This document shows positions 1 through 8,558 of a DNA stretch of 64,000 nt, piece after piece. The number at the start of each line of letters is the position of its first letter. Within the stretch, counting starts at the first letter, position 1. This stretch comes from an uncultured Candidatus Bathyarchaeia archaeon (GTDB lineage: Archaea; Thermoproteota; Bathyarchaeia; Hecatellales; Hecatellaceae): assembly GCA_964569845.1 (NCBI GenBank), contig CAZMUQ010000001.1, positions 3,994 through 67,993 on the forward strand, read 5' to 3'. The translations under genes and the position numbers were made by a program. A model generated the notes under the pieces. It was given only the letters and a program-made list of their open reading frames with translations. It searched no databases and had not been told where the DNA came from.

Positions 1-256
1 AGGCAACGTACTAACCGTTATTAAGATGGAATCAATCAAAGGCTTTGAGGATGAGGTTTTTAGTCTGGCTTGTAAGGAAAATCTAACAATATACGATGCC
101 TCCTATCTTTACACATCTACAAGGATAAAAGCTACACTCATAACCGATGACCAAAAACTAAGGGAAAAAGGCTCCAAATATATCAAAGTATTAAGTACGG
201 AACAGTTAATCCAACACACTACTGGAAAACCAGACAGTAACAGTTCATGGTGTTAA
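1..256 (+). CDS. PIN-domain (VapC-like) nuclease, C-terminal part; 5' end truncated by the window edge
   Basis: The reading frame is open from position 2 through the track ORF 26..256. The C-terminal segment reads ...LTIYDASYLYTSTRIKATLITDDQKL..., which matches the last conserved PIN acidic motif (xxDAxYxxxAxxxxxxLxTxD). Confidence 0.5.
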   Translation, partial: GNVLTVIKMESIKGFEDEVFSLACKENLTIYDASYLYTSTRIKATLITDDQKLREKGSKYIKVLSTEQLIQHTTGKPDSNSSWC

Positions 257-347
257 AGGTCATAAAGGAGGAATTTACAAAGTTTCAGAACATTTGATAT
301 TAACTTGAGTTACAATAAGGGAGGAAGGATAAACGATAGTTTAAAAC

Positions 348-527
348 ATGTGTTTCAAAAGACTAGCAAAAGAAACAGGAAATCTAAACTTTTTAAAAAT
401 CCATTTCCATTCATTTAGACATTTTGCAGTTTCATGGTTTTATTTTAAAACAAAAGATATATTGTGGAAACATGAGTTAAAGAAAACCAGTATGATGTTG
501 TTTATGCAGAAACAAAACAAGAATTAA
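348..527 (+). pseudogene. possible remnant of a tyrosine recombinase/integrase C-terminus (59 codons, below the ORF-track cutoff)
   Basis: Translation is MCFKRLAKETGNLNFLKIHFHSFRHFAVSWFYFKTKDILWKHELKKTSMMLFMQKQNKN. The HFHSFRHFAVSW...DI...L.H segment resembles the box II region of tyrosine recombinases (HxLRHtfA....G.di..i..lLGH). The catalytic Tyr is not evident. A stop codon lies immediately upstream in frame. Confidence 0.3.
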
Positions 528-984
528 CAAAATGCTTAGAAGAAGGATACGAATTGGTAACCAAAACGGAGTGGTAATATTGTTTTTGTTGATTGTTTTT
601 ATATTGTATCTTTCAATTTCATTTTTAGGACGAACCATTATGGATTTATCCCCCTTTTAACAAATTTATCAACTTGTCAACAAAAAACTGATTTTCCAAT
701 CCAAGTTAAAGGGATAGGTTAGTTAACCCATAAGAGCTTTTATACTTAAGATTTTGGGAATGTTTTCCGTAGCTGGTTTTCTCTACGGTAGAAGTTTGAA
801 TCGGCTTTCCCCAAAATTTTGCTTTTAGTTTTGACAAATTTAGATAATAGATGTAATTGTTTAAAATATTTTGCTATTGCACAAAAATTATAAACCTCTT
901 AAAAGTCAAGAGAAATTTCTTTAGTAAGATTTATCTGTTTTAAAGATTTATTTGTTATAGTTTTTAGATAGGGGTAGGATTTCA

Positions 985-2292
985 TTGGACAACTTCTCCA
1001 GAATTATTGAACTAGCTAATAGGTATCTGGTAACAAATGTTGTATCAAAAGTAGAGCCAGTTGTTATTGAAGAAGGTAGGGGGGCTTATCTTAAAGATAT
1101 AGATGGAAAAGAGTATATTGACTGTTTTTCAGGTATAAGTGTAGTTAATACAGGTCATTGTAATCCTGAAGTTGTTGAAGCTGCTATAAATCAGATTAGA
1201 AAGCTTATTCATGCAGCTTCCTACATCTACTATGTTACACCCGTAGTTAAACTTGCAGAAAAACTTGCAGAGATTACTCCTGGAAAATTGCAGAAAACCC
1301 TCTTCGTAAATAGCGGAGCTGAAGCTGTAGAATGTTCATTAAAGTTAGCTAGAAAATTTACCAAAAGATATGAATTTTTAGCTTTAATGTGCTCTTTTCA
1401 TGGGCGAACTTTAGCAACCTTAAGTGTTACAGGCCAATATAAGCGGAGAAAATGGGATATGGGGCCATATTTAACTGGAGTATCTTTTGTACCTGCACCA
1501 TATTGTTATCGATGCTTTTTTGGGCTTAGGTATCCTGAATGTGACCTACGTTGTGCAAGATTTATTGAGAAAGTTATTGAATTTTCTACGGGGAAAGGTA
1601 TTGCTGCTTTTATAGCTGAACCTATACTTGGCGAAGGAGGTATAATTGTTCCTCCCTTAGAATATTTTAAGATTGTTAAAGAAATTTTAGATAAACATGA
1701 AATACTTTTCATTTGTGATGAAGTTCAAACAGGATTTGCGAGAACAGGTAAAATGTTTGCTATTGAACATTACAGTATTCAACCTGACTTAATGGTTATG
1801 GCTAAAGGTATTGCTAATGGTTTCCCGTTGGGAGCCTGTATCGCTAAACCTGAAATTAGCGGCTCTTTTGAACCTGAAGACCACTTTTCAACTTTTGGTG
1901 GTAATCCTGTATCAGCTGCAGCAGCCTTAGCTAACATAGAATATATGCAGAGAGAAAAGTTGCCTGAAAAAGCTTTAGAAAAAAGTAGATACGTTATAAA
2001 GCGGCTTGAAGAAACGATGGAAAAACATAGGCTTATCGGTGATGTTAGAGGAAAAGGTCTTATGATAGGTGTAGAACTTGTTAAGAATAGGGAAACTAAA
2101 AAACCAGCCATAGAGGAAACTAGGTTTATACGTGACCTAGCAAGAGAAAAAGGTGTTTTATTTGGTTCAGGTGGAGTTAAAGCTTCCGTAATAAGAATTC
2201 AGCCACCTCTTACAATATCAGTAGAAGAGCTAGATAAAGCCTTAAACATACTTGAAGAATGTATAGCTGAAGCTGAAAAAAGAAGCATGTAA
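985..2292 (+). CDS. class III pyridoxal-phosphate aminotransferase (acetylornithine/4-aminobutyrate aminotransferase family)
   Basis: 435 aa with a TTG start. Motifs include PVVIEEGRGAYLKDIDGKEYIDCFSG, SGAEAVECSLKLARK, FIAEPILGEGG, the PLP-lysine region DEVQTGFARTGKMFA, and STFGGNP. Confidence 0.85.
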   Translation: MDNFSRIIELANRYLVTNVVSKVEPVVIEEGRGAYLKDIDGKEYIDCFSGISVVNTGHCNPEVVEAAINQIRKLIHAASYIYYVTPVVKLAEKLAEITPGKLQKTLFVNSGAEAVECSLKLARKFTKRYEFLALMCSFHGRTLATLSVTGQYKRRKWDMGPYLTGVSFVPAPYCYRCFFGLRYPECDLRCARFIEKVIEFSTGKGIAAFIAEPILGEGGIIVPPLEYFKIVKEILDKHEILFICDEVQTGFARTGKMFAIEHYSIQPDLMVMAKGIANGFPLGACIAKPEISGSFEPEDHFSTFGGNPVSAAAALANIEYMQREKLPEKALEKSRYVIKRLEETMEKHRLIGDVRGKGLMIGVELVKNRETKKPAIEETRFIRDLAREKGVLFGSGGVKASVIRIQPPLTISVEELDKALNILEECIAEAEKRSM

Positions 2293-2303
2293 GATTTTTT
2301 ACT
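2293..2303 (+). terminator. oligo-T tract directly after the stop codon (archaeal-type terminator signal)
   Basis: TAAGATTTTTTAC lies immediately downstream of the aminotransferase stop codon. Confidence 0.3.
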
Positions 2304-2335
2304 ACATTATTTTCAGAATAAATTTAATTTTTGAA

Positions 2336-2416
2336 TGGTTTTTCAGAGAGGACCCCTTTTACTTTGCTGTTTTACTTCATCTAGCCTCTGAACTCGGCAA
2401 ATTCATCATCAAAACC
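2336..2416 (-). ncRNA. candidate C/D-box sRNA, minus strand, non-canonical spacing
   Basis: The minus strand reads GGUUUU-G-AUGAUGA-auuugccgaguu-CAGA-ggcuag-AUGAAG-(28 nt)-CUGA-AAAAAACC. It has a C box AUGAUGA, a D' box CAGA after a 12-nt guide, a C'-like AUGAAG and a terminal D box CUGA. A 6-bp terminal stem GGUUUU/AAAACC is present. It lies in a 168-nt gap between convergent genes. Confidence 0.3.
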
Positions 2417-2460
2417 AAAACTTATTTTAGCAGCATATTTTAAGAACTTTTTGTTTTGAA

Positions 2461-2733
2461 TTATCTTTCTTCCTCCTCTTCTTCAAATATTACTGGTATT
2501 TGGATATGCTTATCCGTTTTTACGTATCCGTGAAGCAGGAAATGCCCATGTAGTTCTGTAAATTCTGTTGTAAATGGACCTTTACCAAAATGAGCTTTAA
2601 TTCTATGGTAAAGGTGATGAGGTATCTTTGCCTTATAGTAGCCTTCATTGGTTTGGTGAGCTTGAGTATCATAAGCTAATGTTGTACCTGTTTTCATGTT
2701 CATTATAATAATCCTTAAAATATAGGCTTCCAA
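2461..2733 (-). CDS. small histidine-rich protein with an acidic C-terminal tail (hypothetical)
   Basis: The 90-aa ORF has 9 His and no Cys (…IPHHLYHRIKAHFGKGPFTTEFTELHGHFLLHGYVKTDKH…) and ends in EEEEEER. The true start may be at the internal Met of MNMKTG. Confidence 0.4.
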   Translation of the reverse strand: MEAYILRIIIMNMKTGTTLAYDTQAHQTNEGYYKAKIPHHLYHRIKAHFGKGPFTTEFTELHGHFLLHGYVKTDKHIQIPVIFEEEEEER

Positions 2734-2782
2734 TAGAGGTCAAACCTAGTTTAAACTAAGTTGTAAACAAGTCAAAAATTAC

Positions 2783-4156
2783 TTAACCATAAAAAATGTT
2801 TTTCTCTGCATAATGAGCTATATCTTCAGCTATTATTCTTGCCTTCTCAACATTTTGATGGAAACCTACTGCTAAACCCATTCTTCTATGAGGATATGCT
2901 TTAGGCTTGCCAAAATACCATATATCTCCATGATAGCCTTTACGCTTTATAAAATCTTTAACATTGTTTAAACTCCAACCTTTAACTTCAACTTCATCCT
3001 TTCCATTAAAATCTGGTGCTAAAATTACATGTGCAACTCCGTAAACATCTTTTCTGCAAAAATCCAAATCTTCAGGATTAATTCTTAAGCCAAGGGTTGA
3101 ATATAGATGAAGGGCCCCCTCATCCATGTTTAACATCCAACGTGTAATCATTCCAGTATCATGAGGTCTGTTTGCAACTTCATTATTGTAAACTTTTCCA
3201 TCTACAACAAACTGTTCGATAGCAAAAACACCTAAACCTCCAATAAACTCAGCAATAATTTTAGCATATTCTCCGCACTTCTTTTTAACGTCATCAGGAA
3301 TTGTTGCTGGAAGCCAGCTTTCATGGTAAGTTGCTCCAGGTCTTTTATGTTCAACTGGTGGCGGTAAACTTGTAACAATTTTACCGTTTTCATCAAAATG
3401 TCTAATTGCAAGTTGCATAATTTCTGTCCCTCTTTCCTTTAAATCTTGTAAAAACTTTTCAACAGTTACTTGTCCACCAAAACCTCTAGCATGCTCCCTA
3501 GCATAATCATATGCTTTTTCTAAATCATCCCTATTTTTTACTATTGTTGTTCCATGTCCACTTGAAGTCATAACAGGCTTTACTATAACAGGTAATCCAA
3601 AATCTTTTGCAATCTTTTTAACTTCCTCCTCAGATTCTGCATAACCCCAGTCAACTCTTGGAACCTTTAACTTGTCAAACATAAGCTTTGTAAGATGTCT
3701 ATCCATGCAAACTAGCGGCCCATAAGGGGTTGACATAACTTTATAACCTTCCTCAACACCAAGTTTATAGGCTCTAAAAGTATCTATCCTTTCTATTTCC
3801 AAATAGATTACGTGAGGATGATCTGGGTTTGGAACATATTTTTTTATGTTTTTCTCAAGAATATCTCCATTAAGCATATCAAAGCACTCATAATAGTCTG
3901 CAACATCTTGAGCTGGGAAACCTTCATACCTATCAAAAACTACCGTTTTAACTCCTCCTTTAACTCCACCTAAGCATCTTTTAGCTGCAGTTAAAACAAG
4001 GTCTCCAAGTTCTCCTCCTCCAACAGAAATAAATGTAACAGGTTCTTTCAATTTAATTTCATCAAGAGGTGAAAGTTTTCTTTCATATTCATGTTTGTAT
4101 TCCTCTACTTCCTTTAAGATTTTAATTCTATCCTCAACCTTAAAATGAAACGTCAA
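2783..4156 (-). CDS. purT: formate-dependent phosphoribosylglycinamide formyltransferase (GAR transformylase 2, ATP-grasp)
   Basis: 457 aa. It carries an N-terminal Rossmann-like GGGELG motif, ATP-grasp motifs (VIVKPVMTSSGHGTTIV), the PurT-specific EVANRPHDTGM segment, and a C-terminal HRRMGLAV segment. Confidence 0.8.
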   Translation of the reverse strand: MTFHFKVEDRIKILKEVEEYKHEYERKLSPLDEIKLKEPVTFISVGGGELGDLVLTAAKRCLGGVKGGVKTVVFDRYEGFPAQDVADYYECFDMLNGDILEKNIKKYVPNPDHPHVIYLEIERIDTFRAYKLGVEEGYKVMSTPYGPLVCMDRHLTKLMFDKLKVPRVDWGYAESEEEVKKIAKDFGLPVIVKPVMTSSGHGTTIVKNRDDLEKAYDYAREHARGFGGQVTVEKFLQDLKERGTEIMQLAIRHFDENGKIVTSLPPPVEHKRPGATYHESWLPATIPDDVKKKCGEYAKIIAEFIGGLGVFAIEQFVVDGKVYNNEVANRPHDTGMITRWMLNMDEGALHLYSTLGLRINPEDLDFCRKDVYGVAHVILAPDFNGKDEVEVKGWSLNNVKDFIKRKGYHGDIWYFGKPKAYPHRRMGLAVGFHQNVEKARIIAEDIAHYAEKNIFYG

Positions 4157-4241
4157 CTATTTTCACTCTCCAGCTAAATTATGCACTAAGTCTTAATAAA
4201 CCCTAAGTAAGAGTTTCCATATAATAATCTAGGGTTAAGAA

Positions 4242-5288
4242 ATGGATAAAATTACCCTTGCTCATGGTGCTGGCGGAAGCATAATGCAAAAACTCATTAA
4301 AGAATATATCTTGAAAATCCTTGGTGGAAGCAATTTTGAGGTTCCTTTAGAAGCTTTAGATGATTCTGCTGTTGTTGATGGAGTAGTCTTAAAGAGCGAT
4401 TCTCACACAGTTAAACCATTATTCTTTCCTGGAGGGGATATTGGAAGATTAGCTATTAGTGGAACTGTTAATGATATTGCTGTTATGGGTGCTGAACCTA
4501 TAGCTTTAGCTGCAGGATTTATTTTGGAGGAGGGTTTTCCAATATCAGATTTTAAGAAAATTCTTGAAAGTATGAAGGAAACATGTAAAGAAGCTGGTGT
4601 TTATGTTGTTACAGGGGATACAAAAGTTTTAGAGAAGGGTTCTCTTGATAAGTTTATCATAAATACTTCTGGTATTGGAAGAAGAACAAAGCTTTTAGAT
4701 AAAAATTTTGAGGAAGTCAAGAAATACCGTAAAATAAGTTCACGCTGGCTTTTAGATTCAAATCTGCGTGATGGTGATAAAATAATCGTTAGTGGAACTA
4801 TCGGGGATCATGGTTTAGCCATCCTATCTTTTAGGGAGGGTTATAGCTTCAGTAATAAAATTGTTTCTGATGTTGCTCCATTAAATAAGGTTATAATGAA
4901 AATTTTAGAAGTTGGTGGTATTGTAAGCATGAAAGACCCAACAAGAGGGGGCCTTGCAAATGCATTAAATGAGTGGAGTGAAAAATCTAGAGTTGGAATT
5001 CTCGTATATGAGGAGCAGATACCTATACGTGAAGATGTACGTTCAGCATGTGAAATGCTTGGCATAGACCCATTAGAAGTTGGGAATGAAGGAAAAATTA
5101 TTATAGGAGTTGTAAAGGAGAAGGCTGAAGAAATTTTAGAGGTATTAAGAAAAACGAAGGAGGGAAAAGATGCTCAAATTATTGGTGAAGTTAGAAAAGA
5201 TTTTGAGGGAGTTGTACTTGAAACTGTTGTTGGTGGGAAAAGAATAATTCCTCCACCTGTAGGAGATCCTGTTCCAAGGATTTGTTAA
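4242..5288 (+). CDS. hypE: [NiFe]-hydrogenase maturation factor HypE (PurM-like, carboxamido dehydratase)
   Basis: The N-terminus reads MDKITLAHGAGGSIMQKLI. The protein has the PurM/AIR-synthase-like fold and the diagnostic C-terminal PRIC motif (…PVPRIC*). Confidence 0.9.
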   Translation: MDKITLAHGAGGSIMQKLIKEYILKILGGSNFEVPLEALDDSAVVDGVVLKSDSHTVKPLFFPGGDIGRLAISGTVNDIAVMGAEPIALAAGFILEEGFPISDFKKILESMKETCKEAGVYVVTGDTKVLEKGSLDKFIINTSGIGRRTKLLDKNFEEVKKYRKISSRWLLDSNLRDGDKIIVSGTIGDHGLAILSFREGYSFSNKIVSDVAPLNKVIMKILEVGGIVSMKDPTRGGLANALNEWSEKSRVGILVYEEQIPIREDVRSACEMLGIDPLEVGNEGKIIIGVVKEKAEEILEVLRKTKEGKDAQIIGEVRKDFEGVVLETVVGGKRIIPPPVGDPVPRIC

Positions 5289-5309
5289 AATTAGGTTAGG
5301 TTTAAATAA

Positions 5310-6344
5310 CTAAGAGTAATGTTTTTTCCTTCCATATCTAAATTGAATATTACATGACCCCTCAATAGAAACCATGCAAGGTCCAACAGGTTTTTCTGGG
5401 GTACAGACCCTGCCAAAAAGTGGGCAATCCTCAGGATCTATTATTCCCCGCAGGATTTCACCACATCTGCAACCTCTAGTTTCTTTAAATGTTTCTTCCT
5501 TCAATATATCTAACTCATCTTCAAACTTTTTTCTTGCATCATATTTTTCAAACTTTTTTCTTAAAATCATACCTGACCCTTTTATGATGGGAAACCCACG
5601 CCAAGCAATATCAAATGGCTTAAAAACTTCATCCATAACTTTTAAAGCTTTAGGGTTTCCTTCATACCTAACAGACCTTGTATATTCATTTTCAACTTTA
5701 GCTTCACCATTTTTAATTTGTTTTGCAAGCATATAGACCGCTAAAAGCATATCTAAGGGTTCAAAGCCCGCAATAACTTGGGGAAGATGGTAAACTTTTG
5801 AAATTTCTTCATAAGGTTTAACACCGATTATTGTACTTACATGCCCTGGCTCAATAAGACCGTCAATTTTGATTTCTCCCATGCTAAGTAAAGCATGAAG
5901 AGCAGGTGGAATGTATCTATGGCAACTTAAAATTGAGAAGTTTTCTGGTGGTTCTTTAAGTATTGTTGCTGCTGTTGATGGTGCTGTTGTTTCAAAACCA
6001 ACAGCCATAAAAACAACATCTTTTTCCTTATTTTCTAAAGCTATTTTAACAGCATCTTCAATACTGTAAACGACTCTAACATCACAACCTTCAGCACGTT
6101 GAGCTAGAAGTGAACCTTTTAATGTTGGAGCTTTTGCAACATCTCCAAATGTTGCAATAATTTTGCCAGATTTAGCTAATACTATAGCCTCAGTAAACTC
6201 TTTTTCTGTTGTAACACAAACAGGGCATCCAGGTCCTTGCCTAACTTCAACTCCACAATCTTTAAGGAGATTATCTAAGCCGTAACGGATAATGGTATCT
6301 TGATGGGTTCCGCATACATGCATTATTCTAATGTTAAGCTGCAT
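5310..6344 (-). CDS. hypD: [NiFe]-hydrogenase maturation factor HypD
   Basis: Conserved motifs present are MHVCGTHQ (CGxH), GPGCPVCV and C-terminal cysteine motifs (CRCGEILRG…CPLFG). Confidence 0.9.
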   Translation of the reverse strand: MQLNIRIMHVCGTHQDTIIRYGLDNLLKDCGVEVRQGPGCPVCVTTEKEFTEAIVLAKSGKIIATFGDVAKAPTLKGSLLAQRAEGCDVRVVYSIEDAVKIALENKEKDVVFMAVGFETTAPSTAATILKEPPENFSILSCHRYIPPALHALLSMGEIKIDGLIEPGHVSTIIGVKPYEEISKVYHLPQVIAGFEPLDMLLAVYMLAKQIKNGEAKVENEYTRSVRYEGNPKALKVMDEVFKPFDIAWRGFPIIKGSGMILRKKFEKYDARKKFEDELDILKEETFKETRGCRCGEILRGIIDPEDCPLFGRVCTPEKPVGPCMVSIEGSCNIQFRYGRKKHYS

Positions 6345-6408
6345 TTCTTTTAATTTCTTAATAATGCTTTTTGCAAATACTTTGCTCCTATACCCTGATA
6401 GGATTATT

Positions 6409-6780
6409 TTACACCACCACTTTCATACTTTTAATGTTGCACTCTCTACCCTTAACAATTTTTACCTCTTTACCACATCTTGGGCAACTAAGAACTGGTA
6501 GAAGAAAGTGGTAAAGGTCCATATTTTTATGTTTAATTTCACCTTTATACCCGCAATTTTCACATTCTACTTCTACTTCTTCCTCTTCAATATGGAGTCT
6601 TGAACCTTCCATGATTGTTCCTTCAGTAAGCATTTCATAGTAAAATTTGATTTGCTCAATTCCTAAGCATGCAAGTTTACCTATAACAAGATGAACCTCT
6701 GAAACTTTTCTTGCATTATGTTTTTTTGCTTCTTCAAGTAAAAAATCTACAATCTGCTTTGTAACGTAATATTCATGCAA
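6409..6780 (-). CDS. hypA: hydrogenase nickel-incorporation protein HypA
   Basis: The N-terminus is MHEY…, and the zinc site has two CxxC motifs (CENCG…CPRCG). The 123-aa length is typical. Confidence 0.85.
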   Translation of the reverse strand: MHEYYVTKQIVDFLLEEAKKHNARKVSEVHLVIGKLACLGIEQIKFYYEMLTEGTIMEGSRLHIEEEEVEVECENCGYKGEIKHKNMDLYHFLLPVLSCPRCGKEVKIVKGRECNIKSMKVVV

Positions 6781-6791
6781 TTTCTATCCCG

Positions 6792-7460
6792 TTAAAGCTC
6801 TAAACACTTGATAACTTCATCTATGCCTAAACCAGTTTTACAGCTTGTTTCCACAACTTTAACCTTAGGATTTATGGATTTTGCATCTTTAACAATTTTT
6901 TTAACATCTACACCCATAATTTCTGCTAGGTCAATTTTATTTACCACAATAATGTCAGCTTCAAGAAATGTTAATGGATGTTTAATAATGACATGCTCTC
7001 CTTCAGTTACACTTACAACTACAACTCTTTTTTCAACTCCAAGCTTAAAATCAGAAGGACAAATAAGGTTTCCAACATTCTCAATAAATAAAACATTAAC
7101 ATTTTTAAGATCTATTTTCTCTATAGCCTTTCTTACAATATTTGCATCTAGATGGCATTCTTTACCAGTATTTATCTGTATAACTTTAACTCCATATTTG
7201 CTAATTCTTTCAGCATCTATAGTTGTTGCTAAATCTCCATTAATAACTGCTATTGAATATTTTCCATTTAAAATCTTAACAATATTCTCTATGAGTGAGG
7301 TTTTGCCTGAACCAACTGAACCCATAATATCAAAAGCTCTAACACCATTCTCCAAAAAAATTCTTCTATTTTCCTCAGCAAGCTTATTATTTCTTCTTAT
7401 CAAGTCAAACTCAAAATCTACGGTTTTCTCCTCCTCAATTTTTAAAATATCCTTACTCAA
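6792..7460 (-). CDS. hypB: hydrogenase nickel-incorporation GTPase HypB
   Basis: It has a P-loop GSVGSGKTSL and other G3E-family GTPase motifs (ENVGNLICP, NKIDL). The 222-aa length fits. Confidence 0.9.
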   Translation of the reverse strand: MSKDILKIEEEKTVDFEFDLIRRNNKLAEENRRIFLENGVRAFDIMGSVGSGKTSLIENIVKILNGKYSIAVINGDLATTIDAERISKYGVKVIQINTGKECHLDANIVRKAIEKIDLKNVNVLFIENVGNLICPSDFKLGVEKRVVVVSVTEGEHVIIKHPLTFLEADIIVVNKIDLAEIMGVDVKKIVKDAKSINPKVKVVETSCKTGLGIDEVIKCLEL

Positions 7461-7479
7461 ACTCTCACCAACCTTAAGA

Positions 7480-8523
7480 TTAAAAATACTTTTTAAGTGC
7501 TTTTGCTAAATCCTCCGGTATAATACTTATAACTGGCTGTTTAACAAGGAAAGGTAGAAACCATGAATCATTTATATAAAAACTTTTTATTCCAGGTCTT
7601 GCTACAATACTTAAATTTACCCAGAAATATGGAGTTTCCCTATCAAGGGGCCCTGAATTTAACACAAACTGGAAGCTTGAGAAGTTTTTATCATTGTAAA
7701 ACCTTAAAATTTTGCATATTCCCTCAGCTATATCCCTAAAATCTTCCCTGTTAAGTTCAGTAAAACTTGATTTCTTCCTTATAATACCTAGAACCTCATA
7801 ATTTGAAATGGGAGTAAAGGGAGCTAACCATTCCACATTCCCAGTTTTACCAATGTATCTTTCCCCTTTTTCCTTTTCAGTAGCAATAATTGTCTCCCAG
7901 AAATTTGATGAGAACCTTTTATAGTATTCTTCGCTTGCATCTAAAATATCCTTTAAATTTCCAAGCGGAATTTCTGTTAACATAGCTTGCATGTGTGGAT
8001 GAACAATGCTTGAACCTGCTGAAGGTAGGTATTGTAATCCAGCGGTAATAAACCTTATAGATGATACACTTTTAACTTTTTCAGTAAACATTTTTATGGC
8101 TAGAAAGCCATCAACAAAAATATTCGGGGTAAATTCATCTAGATTTAAGTAATGTTTTTTTGTTAGGACAACCACAACACTAAACTCGCAGTAAGGAGCT
8201 ATATTTGGAAAAAGGTAGGCTTCTCCAACACTAATTCTTCCTTCAGGAAGAATATTCTCTAAAAATTTTGGTGTAAACTTTTCAACTTTACCAGGACAGA
8301 AAAAACATTTTTCTTCTGATTCTTTTGCAAGCTTTTCAAGAGAATCCTTATCTGCCATGTAAATCATTTTTTCTATTGGTCTTCCTGATTCTTTTAATAC
8401 GAGGCATCCTATTTTTCCAGTTAAAGGATTTATTCTATACTCTATAATTTTTGGTTCTACCTCAAAATTTTTTAGGGGGTTAAGTATTTTTGCCTCTTTT
8501 GTAAAACTTTCAAACCTTAACAT
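7480..8523 (-). CDS. galactose-1-phosphate uridylyltransferase-like (GalT branch of the HIT superfamily) nucleotidyltransferase
   Basis: The zinc motif CFFCPG and the active-site HPHMQ (HxHxQ) motif are both present. The 347-aa length fits GalT-family enzymes. The gene sits between hypB and hypC on the same strand. Confidence 0.7.
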   Translation of the reverse strand: MLRFESFTKEAKILNPLKNFEVEPKIIEYRINPLTGKIGCLVLKESGRPIEKMIYMADKDSLEKLAKESEEKCFFCPGKVEKFTPKFLENILPEGRISVGEAYLFPNIAPYCEFSVVVVLTKKHYLNLDEFTPNIFVDGFLAIKMFTEKVKSVSSIRFITAGLQYLPSAGSSIVHPHMQAMLTEIPLGNLKDILDASEEYYKRFSSNFWETIIATEKEKGERYIGKTGNVEWLAPFTPISNYEVLGIIRKKSSFTELNREDFRDIAEGICKILRFYNDKNFSSFQFVLNSGPLDRETPYFWVNLSIVARPGIKSFYINDSWFLPFLVKQPVISIIPEDLAKALKKYF

Positions 8524-8558
8524 TTAAACCACATGGTAGTAGAGGTTAAATTAAACTC

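Noticed and set aside
529-657. 42-codon frame MLRRRIRIGNQNGVVILFLLIVFILYLSISFLGRTIMDLSPF in the AT-rich spacer
   Set aside because: It has no RBS or promoter context and no recognisable motif. It may be a chance hydrophobic frame in AT-rich DNA.
1506-2111. Track ORFs 1506..1712(-) and 1779..2111(-), antisense to the aminotransferase gene
   Set aside because: Both lie entirely inside a well-supported CDS on the opposite strand and have low-complexity composition, so they are likely spurious.
4841-5736. Track ORFs 4841..5065(-) inside hypE and 5374..5736(+) inside hypD
   Set aside because: They are antisense overlaps of strongly supported hyp genes and Ser/Phe/Leu-rich, which is typical of AT-rich antisense frames.
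6808-7509. 233-aa ORF on the plus strand covering the whole of hypB
   Set aside because: It is a mirror frame of hypB and low-complexity (Ser/Thr/Leu/Ile rich), whereas hypB has its P-loop and GTPase motifs.
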